NCBI RefSeq assembly: GCF_964355755.1
Contig: NC_092677.1
Coordinates: 17,568,101 to 17,632,100, forward strand
DNA from: Antedon mediterranea
Lineage: Eukaryota > Animalia > Echinodermata
Direction of reading: 5' to 3'
Length of the DNA: 64,000 nt
Positions 1 through 13,510 of the stretch are shown here, in pieces (within the stretch, counting starts at the first letter, position 1; each line of letters starts with the position of its first letter). The position numbers and the translations under genes are program-made. The notes beneath the pieces were generated by a model, which saw nothing but the letters and a program-made list of their open reading frames with translations, was not told where the DNA came from and did not search any database.

Positions 1-1922
1 TTAGCGCAAGATATAAATTAAACTTTTGCTAAGTTTCAACTTACATAGTTATATGGTTTTCAATCTATGTTGAATACGGGAAATTCATAAAATCACACGT
101 AAGTCACGTTACGCATTTCTGACGTCATTCACAATAGTAGGTGCACAACTTCACGTCAATGCCCATATGTTGACAAAGTTATGAAATGTTATGTTTACAC
201 ATTTTTGATATAAGCGAGACACAAAAATAGAGGAGAAATGCGTGTGCGCGCGTAACGTCTTGTAAAACATGGCATTTTTAATCCACAAAAAGTTGATATG
301 ATCAATCATAAAAAATCATAAAATCGCACGTAAGTCACGTTGCGAAACTCTGACGTCATTCAAAATAGGAGGTGCACAACTAGAAAGAAAGAAGAATAAT
401 ACTAGACATGAAACTCGTCACTTTGACGAGTTAGTTATCCGCACGACAAACGCCACGTGCACGTCATACGTTGGAATATTGCACACAGAAAAAGATTATG
501 GCATTATGACCTGAAAAATATGATATGTTGTTAGTGCTGAATTCTGTCAATTTTGTGTCATATTATACAGTATAAACAGTATAATATGTATACATATTAC
601 ATACAGTGCAGAATAGGTGAAATTATGGGACCCGCCATTTATTCATATTTTTAACATGGCTACGGTATCAAAATTAAACTCTAAGATAGCAATTTCGGAA
701 GGAAATTATCTCAGCAACAACATATTAACATGTAGAAGGAATTTGAATACGTAAAATATAGATGCGCGCTCTTTTAAATGTGATAAACTATGACGCAAAA
801 GGTGGAAATACGACATTTTTTAGTTAACTGGCCATATGATGACGTCATAACATCTGATTAGCAAAATTTTCACATGAATTCGTATCTACAATCCAATAGC
901 TTCCAGAAAACGTTTTAATCATGATTATCACTTTTTATTCTTACGAGCTATAACAGATTGAAATTTACTGTAAAGATGAAAATAAGTGACCCACGTTATT
1001 TACATTTTTAGACATGATGACGTTATAAAAATTTAAATATTTTTAACTCATTGGAAAGATAGTTGATTGACCTAGACAGTATTAAAATCTTGCAGAAAAT
1101 GGAATACGGATAAGCGTGATGCGCTCCATTGAATGTGATGAGCAATAACGAAGAGAAAAAATTCCTATATTTTGCATTCGTGTGGCCATACGATGACGTC
1201 ACAATGTCCGGTTAGCCATATTGATCCATCATCCGATATCTAAAACTCATTAACTTCCAGAATATGTAATTTAAAAAAAAGTTCACCTCATAGTTTAAAA
1301 TGGTAAAATTACTCTAGAAGGCTGGAAAAACATAATTCATACGAAAAAAAGATGTTTTTCACGGTACGTGGCAACCGCGCGCGTAAAAAAATGCGCGCAC
1401 GTGGGAATTTTTGACATGCTCAAAATGTCATGAAACGCGTAGAAAGTTGATTAGAAATTGATTTTTCGCATTTTGAAATTTTAAACACGTGTGCGCGCGT
1501 AACTTCGTGTGAAACATGCCATTTTTTCCCCACAGTCAGTTAGCGCAAGATATAAATTACACTTTTGTTAAGTTTCAATTTAAATTGCTATATGGTTTTC
1601 GATCTATGTTAAATACGCGAAATTCGTTAAAACGCGCGTAAATCACGTTGCGCAATTTTGACGTCATTCACAATAGGAGGTGCACAATTTCACGTGAATG
1701 CCCACATGTTGACAAAGTTATAAAATGTTTTGTTTACAAGTTCTTGAGATACGCGAGACACAAAATTGACAGAAAGAAAGAATAATACAGAAAAAAAAAA
1801 AAAAGATGATTTCATACAGTTACAAGGAGTTATCCGCTACTAAGCGGATAACTAATAAAGAAAAGAAAAAAAGATCCAGGACGATTACAAGGAGTTATCC
1901 GCTACTAAGCGGATAACTAATA
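1..1922 (-). mobile_element. Outer copy of the same HINE family, interrupted at 401-1855 and truncated by the window edge
   Basis: 1-230 is homologous to 1540-1770, and a second terminal palindrome lies at 1893-1918. A further fragment of the family is at about 9890-10130. Confidence 0.7.
401..1855 (-). mobile_element. Non-autonomous Helentron/Helitron2-type element (HINE/DINE-1-like), inner copy
   Basis: On the - strand it ends in a hairpin (AACTCGTCA-ctt-TGACGAGTT, 412-432) followed by CTAGT (405-401). A sub-terminal repeat AGTTATCCGC at 433-442 recurs as the palindrome AGTTATCCGC-tactaa-GCGGATAACT at 1828-1853. A purine microsatellite lies near that end. Confidence 0.75.
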
Positions 1923-2984
1923 AGAGATGAAAGATAAAAAATGTTTTCAATACTAATATTCTGTAATACTGAAAAACATTAAATATAGTACAGTAGTATA
2001 GCATGTATAATACTATAAAACTATTGCGGCGAATGTTTATATTTTGCATCCAGGGTCATCGCAGTTTGTATATCATCGTCTGACATAAACCCAGTCATAT
2101 GAATTGTGTGACCTTTGGGCCTTTCAACACTCCATGAATTATAGGCCTACTGTATAAAAAGTACCAAAAAACTGATTTTCATTCGATTACAAAGTGATAC
2201 CCAATATTTATAATTGGTAGCACACACATACCAAAATACTATCATTTTTATTATTTAAAGTGGAGCTACACTCAGACTTTCTCAGCTTATATTATGTTTA
2301 AGTATGTTTAATTGAAAGTGATTACATAAAAAAAACAGGGAAAACACGGAAATATTTTTCAAAAACCCATTTCTAAAAAATCGGTCAGAAAATAGTGTTT
2401 TTTAATACATTACACTTTTTCAGTAACTTAGAGGTTATTAGTTTACAATACGTCACGAAACGCGTTAATACACTTATGTGTCGAAAAATGGGGAATAAAT
2501 TTTATACACACAATTAATACGATTTGTTTAGGCCTAAGTAATATTTCCGATAAAAATGTCAGTATAATTTACATGTATAACCTCATGATTTGCAACAGCA
2601 TAATAATCTTATGAGATTGCTTATTAACTTATTGCTTATTGCTTATTAACTAGGCCTAGTCCTAGCTAAGCCGTCTGCTCAGCCTAGCTAGCCTTGAATT
2701 TTTGTGTAAGCCTATAATGGCATTCATGGGTTTAAAAATGCTTGGTCGTTTCGCCCCAACCGGATCAGGTGCCGTTTTCGGCCACCTCGACTATTCCATT
2801 ATTATGATAGGGGTGTGGTATATTATGTTTTATGTAGAGAAGGGTGTGTCTATTGAATAGGAAGACAATACAATGAACAGTTGAATAAAATTAGGATTTA
2901 ATTAAAACATCTGAAAATATACTATATTAATGATATATATATATATTACAATCGGTTCTATAAATAACTAAATTAAATACTACA

Positions 2985-3450
2985 GTTTAATAAAGCTTTA
3001 GAGAAAATAGAGAGGACAGAGATGGGGCGATAGTTAGAGAAATCAGATTTGTTTCCAGATTTGTAGATGGGGGTAACGCGCGCAAACTTCATCCTGTCTG
3101 GGAAAACACCCTTTAATAAAGCAAGATTAAAAATATGGGTAAGTGGAAAAGAAATGAGATCGGCAATATGTTTGATGGGCTTGGTTTGGAAATCATCAAT
3201 ACCGGGTGATTTGTTGTTTTTAAAGGTAGAAATGATTTTAAAAACTTCGGCCTCATTGACTGGAGTAAAGAATATTGAGTTAGGGGTAGGGTTGGGTAAA
3301 AAGACTTTAATTTATTTTTTTTTTTTTCGTTTTTGAGGAGAGGAAAGTGTTTGAACTTATATTAAAATCAATATATGATAAAGTGTGAATAAGCCTTATT
3401 TGGGTCATCAGTGTTAATAACATCAGTCCAATGTTGGGTGGAAATTTCAA
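2985..3450 (-). mobile_element. Non-LTR retrotransposon ORF2 fragment (CR1/L2 group)
   Basis: Minus-strand translation FPDRMKFARVTPIYKSGNKSDFSNYRPISVLSIFSKAL is the conserved pre-RT motif. Confidence 0.8.
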
Positions 3451-3469
3451 GACGATTATTTTCCAATAT

Positions 3470-3870
3470 CTTCTGCTGTTGCACTCTCATCACTAATTGA
3501 CTTGGATAACTGTTCCTTGGAACTACGAATTTTCTTCAGAAGATTAGTTTTTCCTTGGCCAAATATGGCAGATGTCGTATCGCAGCCACTCCAAGCATGA
3601 GCGAATTACAAATGTGATGTTACATCATTGCCAGTATTCTTGACAAGATCACAACTTTTCTACAACTTTAGCTCTTTAATATATGACTGTTTCGCTTCAG
3701 TATATATCTGCCATAGTTGGGTTTAAAGTGGTACATCAGCAACACAAGCACGTCTGTGTCATCGGCTACCACATCAACAGTTTGCCCTTGCCGTGCGTAC
3801 TCTAGATCAAATGAAACAGTACTTGTATGAACTACATGCCCATCTTTTTTGAGGTAGCAGCTTAACAATT
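3470..3870 (-). mobile_element. DNA-transposon coding remnant, XPG/FEN1-like domain (Academ-like)
   Basis: Motifs VVADDTDVLVLL and HAWSGCDTTSAIFGQGKTNLLKK, frameshifted. Confidence 0.65.
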
Positions 3871-3874
3871 CAAT

Positions 3875-4500
3875 TACCGCCCATACTTGGGTATAAGCCC
3901 ACCCCCGACTTTTGATTAATTTTCATGAAAAATGAGGCACTCGGGTATAAGCCCACCCATTAATTCGAAGATCTACAGTGTGTGTCGTAATACATTATTT
4001 TGTATTTGGCGACGTCCATACACCGAATACACCTACCTTTGATCATAACCAAGCTAGGCTAATATACGCTAGGCCATATGAGGCCTAGCGGTCCTGTTTT
4101 GTTTACACTCCATCGCGGTCGAAGATCGCTTCACACACGACGCTACAAACAAGTCGCCAAAACGGAAAACCACTAGGCCTATTTGGTATCGGCTGCCATA
4201 AACAAGCTTATTAAATTTCTTTGGTACATTTCTATTTAACGAACATTGTATACTTGCTTTTCTGCTTGATAAATTCTTGTTCAATTGATGTTTAAAATAA
4301 AATAAATTACACAAACTATAAGCTTAATTTTCCGACACTCTACACCTCGCGTATTATATTAGAGGCAACGTTGTACACGTGAGGGCGCTCGCTCGCATGG
4401 TGGAATACACAGTGTACATGTGCTGTTTTTTACGATCTGCATTTTTGGATCCTCGGGTATAAGCCCACCCCCCAAACTTGACGTGATTTCATGTTCGAAA
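3875..4500. mobile_element. Tc1/pogo-type MITE remnant
   Basis: TA|CCG start and three copies of the motif GGGTATAAGCCCACC (about 3889, 3943, 4455). The right end was not found. Confidence 0.4.
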
Positions 4501-5667
4501 AAGGAAGGACTACAGAAAAGGAAGTGAAGAACTTGCTGGATGGAGTAAAGAAAAAAGGAACAAATTGGAACATCATTCTGTACAGCTACGACTTCCAACC
4601 AGGAAGAACAAATGTAGACCTGAAATATAAGGTATAAGAACTGGAAAAATAAATTCACGATTATTGTAGCTACATTCAATTATACCATACCTTTTTGGAC
4701 GGAAAAATTTATTTTTGAAGGGAAATTATTTTTAGTACTAAATTACAAAATAAAATAATATAAATATAATGCAAAACTTGCTTGGGGCCTATAAAATTAA
4801 ACAATTATACCTCCCCATCATGCACCGGTTCTCATTTCAAAAAGTTTTTAATGAAAAGTGTGCGAATAAATTGTTAATGTAAAAATGAGTTTATTTCGAT
4901 TCGGATTTACCGAGGTTCGGCCTAGGCCTAATGCTGTGATGAAGAAGGGCAGATAGGGGATATTGAAGCAGAGGGCATACGTAAAAGACATGGGTAAAAA
5001 GATCGTCATTATAATAGAGAATGGCTCAGTTACAATGAAGAGAAAATGTTTTGTCGTGACTGTCTAGCGCATCCAGTTACAGCGAGGCAAGCTGGATTTG
5101 AACAAAGAACGGGCTCATGTCCATTGCAAGAGCCACATAAACACACATCATTATTTAGTCACTTTAAGTCACTACTCAAAACTCACCTTTTATGATTTTT
5201 TTTTTTTTTTTTTACAGCGCCATGAGCAATGAATGTTGGAATGGCGCTATATAAATCGAACGATTGATTGATTGATTGATAGCTTATTAAGTATTGTTAT
5301 GTACAATTAAATCTTGGAATCGAGACAAAATATTTTAGTAAAAATTTATACTCAAATTATGGCTGGGATTTTGATGTAAGAAGTAGTACCGTAATTGATT
5401 GAAATTACAATAATTTGAATATAATTTTACTCGACTAGACCTAGGCTATTGCAATTGAATTGACGGTACCTATCTATTGTATGGTAACAACAGCGAAAGC
5501 TCATGACGTAAATTTCGCTATGCTCTTCTGACGTCACAGCAATTTACGGCGGCGGCTGTACGGCGAGCGCGTGCGGCGATATCCTCGATTTCGCGATGGT
5601 TCTGAAATCATATGTATACCCCTAATACGTTTTTAAAATATGGTCCTCGGTACAGTTGTCCTTTAAG

Positions 5668-5698
<31 letters not shown>

Positions 5699-6509
5699 TG
5701 TATAAGTATCCAATATAAGTAAGTATACAGTATGTCAATAATATGACAAATAGACAATCAAATCACGTACAATTGTTTCATCTACCGATGTTCACGCTAG
5801 GTTACAAAGTTTCCCGGACGAGCCCCCATAAATGTCACACAGCCGCAATTACGGCTCTTTCGGCCATGTAATATCTGGTAACCACCGGTAAACAACAGTA
5901 AATAGCCACAACTGTACACATATAAATGTAAAAAGTAAATTTAATAACAATCTTTGACAAACAATTCTTCCTTTATAATCCAAACCCCCAAAAAAAAACC
6001 CACAAAAAAAACCAACCAATTCTCAAACAATGATACAGTATCCCTATTCCCCACACAATTTATACACTTTCCCAAATTCCCAATCCTTCCAGACAAAATA
6101 TCAACAATCTTCTTATTGTCAAATAAATCCCAGAACCCCCCTTCCAAATACAATAATATCACAAGATGAATAATTAAACAATAATAAATGTCCACAATAT
6201 TGTTCCTTCTTGCCTTTTCTCCTACGCTGACACAAAAACAAATTCGAAAGATAAAAGTTAAAATGATTCTGCTTGTATTCCCAGTTATAATTCTTCTCAA
6301 ACTGCAACTATTTTCTGACATATAAATAAATGAAATATAAAGTTAAAATGTTTCCTGATGTCCTTCTGCACTGCAATCCGCTCCCCGATCAATTATTTCT
6401 TTCTCCTTTTCCACGTAACATAATATCAGTATCAATAAAGTCAGTCTTCGATACTTTCAACAATTCTTTAAAAGCAATTAATTCTGCTATTTCCAACAGT
6501 TATTATTCG

Positions 6510-6710
6510 ATTTATTAACTTCCTGTATATCACTTTATTTCATTTCTGCTCCAGCTCTATATCACCATAATTATTTCCAACTCACAATTTACTAACTTCA
6601 TGTATATCACCTTATTTCCTTTCCGCTTCAGCTCTATATCACCATAATTCTTTCCAACCCACAATTTATTAACTTCATATATATCACTTTACTTCCTTTC
6701 TGCTTCAACA
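6510..6710. repeat. About 78-bp tandem repeat, about 2.5 copies
   Basis: Recurring TTATTAACTTC..TATATCAC..TATTTC..TTTCTGCT..AGCTCTATATCACCATAATT. Confidence 0.7.
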
Positions 6711-7199
6711 TAACATAACCCTCCTTCTCTGTCTCCTCTCAATTTTCATTTTCATCTCCCTCTCAACCTTCCCTCAATTGCACACATACCACCACCTTAT
6801 CCTTCTCAACCAATCAGCAACTCACACACCAACTCAACTCTTACACCTCTCCTCCAATCAGCAACCTCCACACACTCCTTCTCTGCACACAAACACTCTG
6901 CTCCACTGGCTTCAAACAATAGTTTCCTAAAACAAAAGAAAGGTTCAAATAATGAAAACACTTGTGACACCAACTCAAAATCAGTTGTTAATTTGCTTAT
7001 TTTTCTGATTTTGAATAATTTCCATTTTTCTCTATCCGGTTGTTCGTGTTTATATGGCAATTTTAAAATGTTTGATTGGCCAACCGGCCAATCACCGCTC
7101 TGACAATTTTGTTTTCCAAAAAAAAAACAATTGCATTTTTTATTTTTCTGTGCCAAAACAAAAACATTACGAAAACTTTCTGGCTACACAACTACAGCG

Positions 7200-8013
7200 C
7201 CCGTTGCCATTAGACTACCAACCATTTGCTATTCAACAATAAGTTGTACAATTCTTACCCTCATAACAGGCACTTCCAGCTTTTGATGACCCCACTCCTC
7301 CAATCCGAATCATCTTCATTTATGACGATTTCCAGCTTAATATGGGCATGGGCTTTTTCTTATATTCTGAATTTTCGGCCATATCCTGCAGGAACAGCGC
7401 TTGGCCATGATTGTTAGAGAAACAATGGAACAGGTCAATTGATTCAATTGGGTTCACAGAATTCACCATGGCTTCAATCCCTGTAAAAATTTTGTACAAG
7501 GGAAGGTGGGGCACAATTGCCACGATTTCGACATGGCATTTACTTGCACCATTTGTCTGGAAAAGTAAAAATTTGTTATTGGAATATAAGTTACAATAAA
7601 TAATTTGTTTTGTATTTTTGATTTGATGTTGTACGGTATTTTTAATGATTAGTAGGTTGTCGTAAAGTGTATTGTTAGTTGAAGATGTAGACGTTAATAA
7701 GGTATTTGATAGTTTAGTGGTATTGGATATCTGGTTATGTGATTTTACGATAGGCCTACTTTTAAAAGTTTATTTGTATATTGATTTGTTTTGGTATATG
7801 AATGGGGTTGCAATTTACCGTAAATTTGGTGGATGCCGTGCTTGAGGCATGGCCTTCTTGGGTAATTACTACTGCGCTCACAATAATGTTATCAGTAAGG
7901 GTTGCGGCTTTTTCCGCCGCAGATCCCCATAGAGTTATATTCATGGGGGCCTCCCTTGTCCCCATGGTCAGTGTTCTTCTGGTGTAGGTTGGTGCCTGAG
8001 TCAGTTGGCCGAT
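7200..8013 (-). pseudogene. Spliced coding remnant, possibly an RPA1-like OB-fold protein carried by a transposon
   Basis: Acceptor ttttag at about 8014, exon IGQLTQAPTYTRRTLTMGTREAPMNITLWGSAAEKAA..., donor GTAAAT at about 7818, next acceptor ttttccag at about 7558. ITLWG..A resembles the RPA OB-fold motif. The downstream exon has stops. Confidence 0.35.
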
Positions 8014-8849
8014 CTAAAAGAGAAATATAATTATTTTAAGGCAACATTGTGATTTTTATTTTAGAATGAGAAAGTGAAATTGTATGTTTTAACCAAAGAT
8101 GTAAAAAGATTTAATTTGAAAATTATGAAAACGAAACTCTAACGCATTGATTTTTCTCCGCTTTTTCGTACATCCCGAATAATTTCGTGAAGTTATGAAA
8201 CTAGCGTTTAAACGAGCACTCTTTTTAGTAGGCGGGTCTTGTTTGTGAGTTTGTTAGGGAAAGTTAAAGGAAAAGTATCTAAGTATATGTATACATTTAT
8301 ATTAATTGTTCAATAGTTCGTTTAAGTGGTATAAGTAAACTATCAATATGTATAGAAAAGTTGTATACATCGTTTGGTTTCTTGAAAAGGAAAATGTATA
8401 CATAGGTGGAAAAATATTAAATGTAATAAAATGACTGATTATATTTTTTTATTCGCAGTATGGTTGTGTTCAATTTGTAGATTGAATAAGTAATTTTATT
8501 TTATTTATCAATAAAATAGCTTAATAAGCTATGACTTTTCTGCACAAGTTATTTTTAAATTTTAATCCATATATTCCTCCACTCCATGCATCGCCATCAG
8601 AATCACTCGATTCTTTGATCTCTGCTTCTTCCGTTTCACTGTCATTTTCCACCTCATCATGTGTGTCATCATTTGAAAACATTGTCCATGTCTTTCTTAA
8701 TTACACTGTATCCTAATCTCATACAATACAAAACAAAATAATTAAACCAATACATAATAATGCATAATACTTAGACTTGCCTAAAGCTTAATTAATGACA
8801 TGGTTGAAATTGCTTGGGAATAATCTCGGCAATTTTGACAGCCTCCTCC

Positions 8850-9091
8850 GATGGCTCAGCTGGAGCTGAACTTTTACCTTTTGCCATTTTCTTACGAGTT
8901 GACATCACAACTTTTTTTGCTTTCGGCCTCTTTTGTTTTCGTAGCTGGGCTGCCGACCGTTAATCCTGCAACTGAACATTGAACTCTTGTTCAATCATAC
9001 GAAAATTATTTTCCTTGCTTTCTAAGGTACCCTCGTATTTCTCAACAAGGGCTACCAATGTACATCTTTCGAATTCAGAAATTTTCGGCAT
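8850..9091 (-). pseudogene. Myb/SANT-like DNA-binding protein remnant (Harbinger accessory-ORF/MSANTD type)
   Basis: MPKISEFERCTLVALVEKYEGTLESKENN...QEFN, then after a frameshift RSAAQLRK. This fits the Myb/SANT-like pattern with an internal deletion. Confidence 0.55.
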
Positions 9092-11379
9092 TTTGATTTT
9101 ATGAATAGTGAGTGTAATTTCAAAAAGGTATAGGTGCCTATTGCGGTGAATGTTTAGAATTTTGCGCTTCAGTAAATCGAGGGACATCCAGAGTTGTCGC
9201 ACTGATAACTTTAACAGGAAACAATTCCTGCCATCTTTTCTCCAATCCAATCTTTTCAGGTATGCACTTGCTAGATTGACAATACCAATGCGTATGAGAT
9301 GATATGCATATTTGTTATGAAAGTTCCAGATCAATGGGTAGGCCTTCATAAAATCATCTAGGTCAATGTGTTGATGTTATAACATGCTGATGTCCAACTT
9401 CATTTGTTGCTTCTTCATAGTAACGCAGAAAGTCCAGTAGGGTTTCATAGTCTGTTTACACTGTCAATATTTTATTAATAATAAATACAAATCAAATTCA
9501 GACAAATAAAAATATTTGACTGTACCAGTCCAATTAAATTGTCTTTGCCACAGCTGGCTTGATTAGACAGTCCAGAATGCATTTTGTTCCTGAATTACAA
9601 TCTTTACCCCCAATGAGTAAAGTAAATGTAAAATGTTGATGTACGCCAACCTATGACATGATGCATATTCGCTTATGTATATTGTTTGAATGTTGGCGTG
9701 TCAAAATCAATTGTTGATATACTACTATATTCTCGACGTAACAACGTAAACTGAACAGTTCTTTTCAGAACTTATACACGTGGTGTACCACAAACTTTAT
9801 ATCAATATACGCTTATAGTGCTGAGTTGTACCTATTATGCATCATACATACAGTTATACATTGTAGCATAGCATGTTCTAATTTGTTGGTATGATGACGT
9901 TATCAAAATAAACTGGAAGATGAAAATTTCGAAAGATAATGAATTGAGCAAAAAAAAAAATGTAAGGTTTGGAAGAAAATTTGGCGTGTACATGTGCAAT
10001 GCGCGCTCTTTAAAATTGTTATAAATGTGACGAAAGATATGAAAAAACTTTGTTAATTCAACTGGCCATATCACAACATCCGATGTGAATTTTTATGTGA
10101 ATTCATATCTAAATTTCAGCAGCTATCAATTTATTTTCACGAATCATTCTATTCCAACTCAAGTTCCATCTTTGCTATATTAACAGTCCAGTCAACATTA
10201 GGGGATAGTGAATGAAAACCATTAGTTTTTCATTTACTATACCCTATATTACATAGTAATTTTTATATTAAAAGTCTAGACACAATAATTGACAAATGAG
10301 TTTTAAGTGAATTACCAAACCAATGTTTATTAAAGAAAAGCAATAGAAAATAAAAATGCATTTCAACTTTTAAAATCCAAAAGGAAAACAAATTATACGG
10401 TCTTTTCATCGTTTTCGATAAATGTCATGGCGAGACATGTGTTATTTAAATTTGTTTGTTGGGAAATCTTTTTTTTGTCAAGGCTAATGAAAATGTCAAT
10501 GGTTATAATTATAATTTAATTGGTAAACAATGTAACATAATTGCAAAGAATGGTGAAATTAAACCAGCTAATTTAAAAAATAATGTATTATAAATATAAT
10601 AATAATCAATTTACTTACTTCTGAAACAGTCCCACGTACTGAAATCCTATGTTTTGTAGGAATTCGTGGGATATCGGCAATTTTGAGTACAGGGGAAAAT
10701 TGGTAGGCATCAATGAAAAAAAACTGCAAATATAAAAAAAGAAAGAAATGAATGAATGAACTAATTTATGCATTACCGTACATTGAAAATGCTCAAACTA
10801 AACAAGAAGCTGTTGATGATACCAATGAAGGAAAAAAAAGGAAACATGGCTTCACAGATGATGGAAATAATTTATATTTGGCTAAATCCTTTTCCATCAA
10901 TGAAAAAAAACTGCAAATATAAAAAAAGAAAGAATTAGTTCATTCATTCATTTCTGTGATCTTTGTCGGTATGAATTTATGCATTACCGTACATTGAAAA
11001 TGCTCAAACTAAACAAGAAGCTGTTGATGATACCAATGAAGGAAAAAAAAGGAAACATGGCTTAACAGATGATGGAAATAATTTATATTTCTCCTCTGGT
11101 CTTTCTGGGCCAAGTTTGTGAACTTAGTTGAATTCTAATACAAAGGTTGATTTCTTAATTATAAAAGTATATTTATTATATTACAATTGCTTCTTCCATC
11201 AAAACTCGAAACTCCCCTGGGTCTTGGTTACCTCTTGGGAGATGTTTAGCAGTTACAATTTATATTTGGCTAAATCCTTTTTCATCAATGATTGCTTCTT
11301 CCATCAAAACTCGAAACTCCTCTGGGTCTTGGTTACCTCTTGGGAGATGTTTAGCAGTTACAATTTATATTGGGAACAT

Positions 11380-12080
11380 CTTCAATGCAGAAAAATATAG
11401 TTGCTTTGATCTATGAAAGTGGTCAATTCACGTGCACGTGAGAACATCACGTCGGCTGTATATTCACGCGTTTCAGATTTGTAAACAACTTGCTTGATGT
11501 TCAGCAAAAGGAGATCATCGAAATTCCGCTCATCATCGTCCCCACTAAATCTAGGAATGGTCCTATAGACTTGTACTGCGCGCCGCAACCATCAGTAAAA
11601 CGCACTATCTTAGTAAGTTGAGTTGGACACACTTCTTTCACATGCTTTATTGCATGGCATGAAAATGTGTGGACATGGTGGTCATGGTTTAAATCATTAG
11701 ATATGTAGACAATGGAATGGGATATTGTTTTCTCGCAGGGATTATGACAGTTGTAATAGCATGATTGGGTGAACTGATACTTGCTCTTGTGTCCAGTGAG
11801 CCGATTGGACCTCATCTTGAGCTTTACATGTGTAATTTTCGGGGTAGTCGAGCACCATTACACAAATACCTTCTGGAAGTTTGGAAGTTAATTGAGAGAA
11901 TTGTTGCTGTTGCCAATTCTTCATGAATATATGATGTGACATTGTGTTCAGTTCATCTTTCAACTCCTCTGTTAACTTACTAATTGTCCCATCCTTAGGC
12001 AGCTTCATCTTTTTCATCAAATTGACACCAATGTTACGTCGAAGAGGGGTTTTTTGGTAACCACAGTCTGTCGGTTTAAA
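11380..12080 (-). mobile_element. DDE/D transposase remnant, Sola2-like
   Basis: Motifs VLDYPENY..QDEVQSAHW..QVSVHP, ISNDLNHD and FTDGCGAQYK are spread over three frames. Confidence 0.7.
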
Positions 12081-13199
12081 GTTTTGAGACGTGAAAAGTT
12101 GCTTTTGTATGATAAATTTGGGATATTTTAACATTATAAAATGAACAAAATAAATCAACATGGCGATGTATTCGTACATAAAAACATATTTATATATCCA
12201 TCTTCTTTATTGTAACACAATTTTGTGTTAAAAACAGGAACATTTTCATAATCATACAATAATGATTTAAATGAGCTGCATTAGTATAAACCCTAACCCT
12301 GTATCCCAACCTGATGGAATGACCCATATAGTAAAATAGGGCTTTAAGCTGTTTTTGTAAGCTAATTAAAACAAATGTAACCATTATTGGATCATTATTG
12401 ACGTTTTGCGGAAGATGGTCATTTTCAAGTTCATAAGGTCAAATAGAGCACAAACCTGTTAATTATCGGTATTAATAATTGAAATAAATATAATTTTCAT
12501 GATAGGCTGGGGCTAATGGTTATAGTGTGGTGTCAAAAAGACCAGAATTGTACTGGGAAGACCGAGATTTTTACCACATAAACTGACCTTAATACCCAAA
12601 CCTGAAGATGGCATCAACCACTATCGTTTTTATGTTACCCTACAAAGGATACATTCAACATGGTTGCTATTAACAAAAATTCTCTCCAGCCCTTACTTTT
12701 TTTTGGCCTCTCTACTACTGTAAATATTGGGTGTAGATTTTTTCCCTTTCGCATCAAGTTAGTGTTGTGATACACGGTAGTGTTACGTAACAGGATGCAA
12801 GATTAAATGTTCGGTAAATCCCTAATACAAACGTATGAGATGCGTTAACAGTGCAAAATTTACTTATATCCTACAGCTGTTCGTCAAAATATAGTATCAC
12901 AGATGGCGGATGATCTTTTCCTTTATGAAGTCATTACCATGAATATCATTAATGATATTTTGGATATCGTCTGCCATGTTTTTTCTGTTCTGAAGAATCA
13001 ATTTTTTAAGTTCATTTTGTTTGACATTCTTCACCTGCTTCAAGTCTCTTGGCGGATTAACATTATTTGAGTTATTTAGAACTATATCGCGCTAAAATTG
13101 AGGTTTTATTGTTGGAAATGCTATTAGAACTATAGGCCTATATATCACATTTCGTTAAATTAACACTTTAAATTTGAAATAACTAGGACTAACTTAGGC

Positions 13200-13510
13200 T
13201 TAGTTCCTCCTGTTCTCTAAAGAGCATTGGGCAGCAATGTCTTGTGTCTTGCCATCCTCCCAGTTGAGGCCCATTTTCTCCAGATCTTTCGCCACTGTTC
13301 TCTTCCATGTAGTAGCTGGTCTTTCTGGTTTCCGCTTACCACCGTTTGGTATCCAATCAAGAGAGGTCTTTGGATGTCTGCCATTTTCCATTTTGAATGG
13401 AAAATGGCAAACTTCAGACGGCGTTCCATCACAATGGTGCTGAGTTTCCTCTGGTCTGTCCTCTGCAGAAATTCATCATTGCGCATTTTTTCTTTGTAGG
13501 TGATACCAAG
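13200..13510 (-). mobile_element. RTE-clade LINE 3' fragment (continues at 21692-21845)
   Basis: LGITYKEKMRNDE...ERRLKF and PKTSLDWIPNGGKRKPERPATTWKRTV match the RTE C-terminus. Confidence 0.75.

Noticed and set aside
5880-7200. Cluster of short ORFs in strand-biased sequence
   Set aside because: Low complexity with no identifiable domain; possibly old retroelement debris, but I cannot support a call.
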